Part shown: positions 62,985 through 64,000 of the stretch, piece after piece
Layout: each line of letters begins with the position of its first letter
Numbering within the stretch: the stretch's first letter is position 1
Source: Oikopleura dioica
Lineage: Eukaryota > Animalia > Chordata
Direction of reading: 5' to 3'
Length of the DNA: 64,000 nt
Assembly: GCA_907165135.1 (NCBI GenBank)
Contig: OU015567.1
Location: 12,152,001-12,216,000 of the forward strand
Program-made: the position numbers and the translations under genes
Notes under the pieces: generated by a model
Told to the model about the DNA's origin: nothing
Databases searched by the model: none
Seen by the model: only the letters and a program-made list of their open reading frames with translations

Positions 62985-63186
62985 CAAGTTCAATTTTTCT
63001 AGTGCAATGAGGAATTTATTTTTGCTGAAATATTATTGCACTATATTTGAAATTTTGAAAGAATCGTTTTTAGAGAGTATTATTTCAGTAAATTTCCCAG
63101 TAGAAAAACGGACTAGTATAGAGAGAATTTGGTATGAGAGAAAAAACAGTAGCTGGAACTTGAATTTGAAAAAGTCGTAAAAGAGA

Positions 63187-63529
63187 CTAGAATCGAAGAA
63201 TGAGATACAGAACGAAGAAGAAGGCGCAAATGAACATGAAGAGCGTGCACCACATTCCTCCGTAGCCCTTGGCCGAGAGTTTCTTTACTTTGGAGAAGGT
63301 CGATCCCAGAAATCCCTGACTCTTGTCGAAGTCGCTATCCTAAAAGATTCGTTTGTAATGAGGAGATGAAGAGGGTTCTGACCATTTTCTTGAGCAAGTC
63401 ATTTTGATATCTTGCTTCGTCGCCAATTTTGATCGCAATTTGCTTCAGTCTGTTTGTTTTTGCGGACAATTCGCTTTCTAGCAGATCGTTTTGCTCCTGA
63501 TACGGGATGTTGCTCCGATGATGAGCCAT
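63187..63529 (-). CDS. BET1: Golgi Qc-SNARE BET1-like, 2 exons
   Basis: EQNDLLESELSAKTNRLKQIAIKIGDEARYQNDLLKKM-DSDFDKSQGFLGST plus C-terminal TM. Confidence 0.85.
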
Positions 63530-63560
63530 TCTAAATGTTCAAAAATGCTAACTATGCCTG

Positions 63561-64000
63561 TTAAATTTCAGAAAATTTCAAACAAGCATCATTTTCAATT
63601 CGTTTGAGTTTATCGCCGTCAGAATCGCTTGAAAAGAGAACAACCGAGTGTCCAATTTTACCAGCTCTTCCCGTTCTGCCTGATTTATGAATGTACTCTT
63701 TCGTTGACTGATTCGCGCAGCCGAGATGAATGACCAAATCAACGTCGGGTAAATCGATACCACGGGAAATAAGCGACGTGCCTGTTTACGAGTTTCAGAA
63801 AATATAGTAACGAAACCTGCCTTAGCCTGTGTTATTATATATTTGTGTCTTGAAAACCAGGCAGTAGTGTTTCTCTCTAAAACCAAGTTCCTATTAGCAA
63901 GCTTTTCGTCGTATCTCTCACTGCCTTCATAATCTTATTTCGCTGATTTTGCTGGAATTCTCCGTGAATCTGAAAGACCGCATTCCAAGGCGCATTCTCT
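63561..64000 (-). CDS. DEAD-box RNA helicase, C-terminal part (runs off the window)
   Basis: IHGEFQQNQR; GTSLISRGIDLPDVDLVIH (motif V); YIHKSGRTGRAG (motif VI); GA-AG intron 63782-63890. Confidence 0.88.

Overview
Compact, AT-rich eukaryotic DNA with ~40-55 nt introns, several GA-AG/GC-AG introns and tightly packed co-oriented genes. This pattern fits an appendicularian tunicate such as Oikopleura (inference from intron style only). Recognisable host genes: an RRM protein, a PA-domain membrane protein, a C2H2 finger, a RING-HC ligase, SLC20/PiT, a C-type-lectin-like protein, paraoxonase, a HES bHLH, a long coiled-coil protein, and a minus-strand run of a DEAD-box helicase, BET1, RWDD4, PPIP5K, JMJD7, VAP, RCC1L and CDC27. 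Two large DNA transposons stand out; both sit inside host genes and both carry intron-retaining host-gene fragments. (1) A 7.1-kb Mutator/MULE element (18616-25715, 9-bp TSD, palindromic TIRs) encodes a decayed DDE transposase and a Ulp1/SUMO protease and carries Aladin-like and ISWI-like fragments. It lies 8 nt inside an SLC20 exon, and its right end could supply in-frame rescue splice acceptors. (2) A 6.5-kb hAT-like element (40167-46684, 8-bp TSD, TAGGG termini) expands a 48-nt CDC27 intron to 6574 nt and carries a ~70-copy 56-bp hairpin array and a UVSSA-like fragment. All family assignments come from manual translation and remembered motifs; no searches were run.
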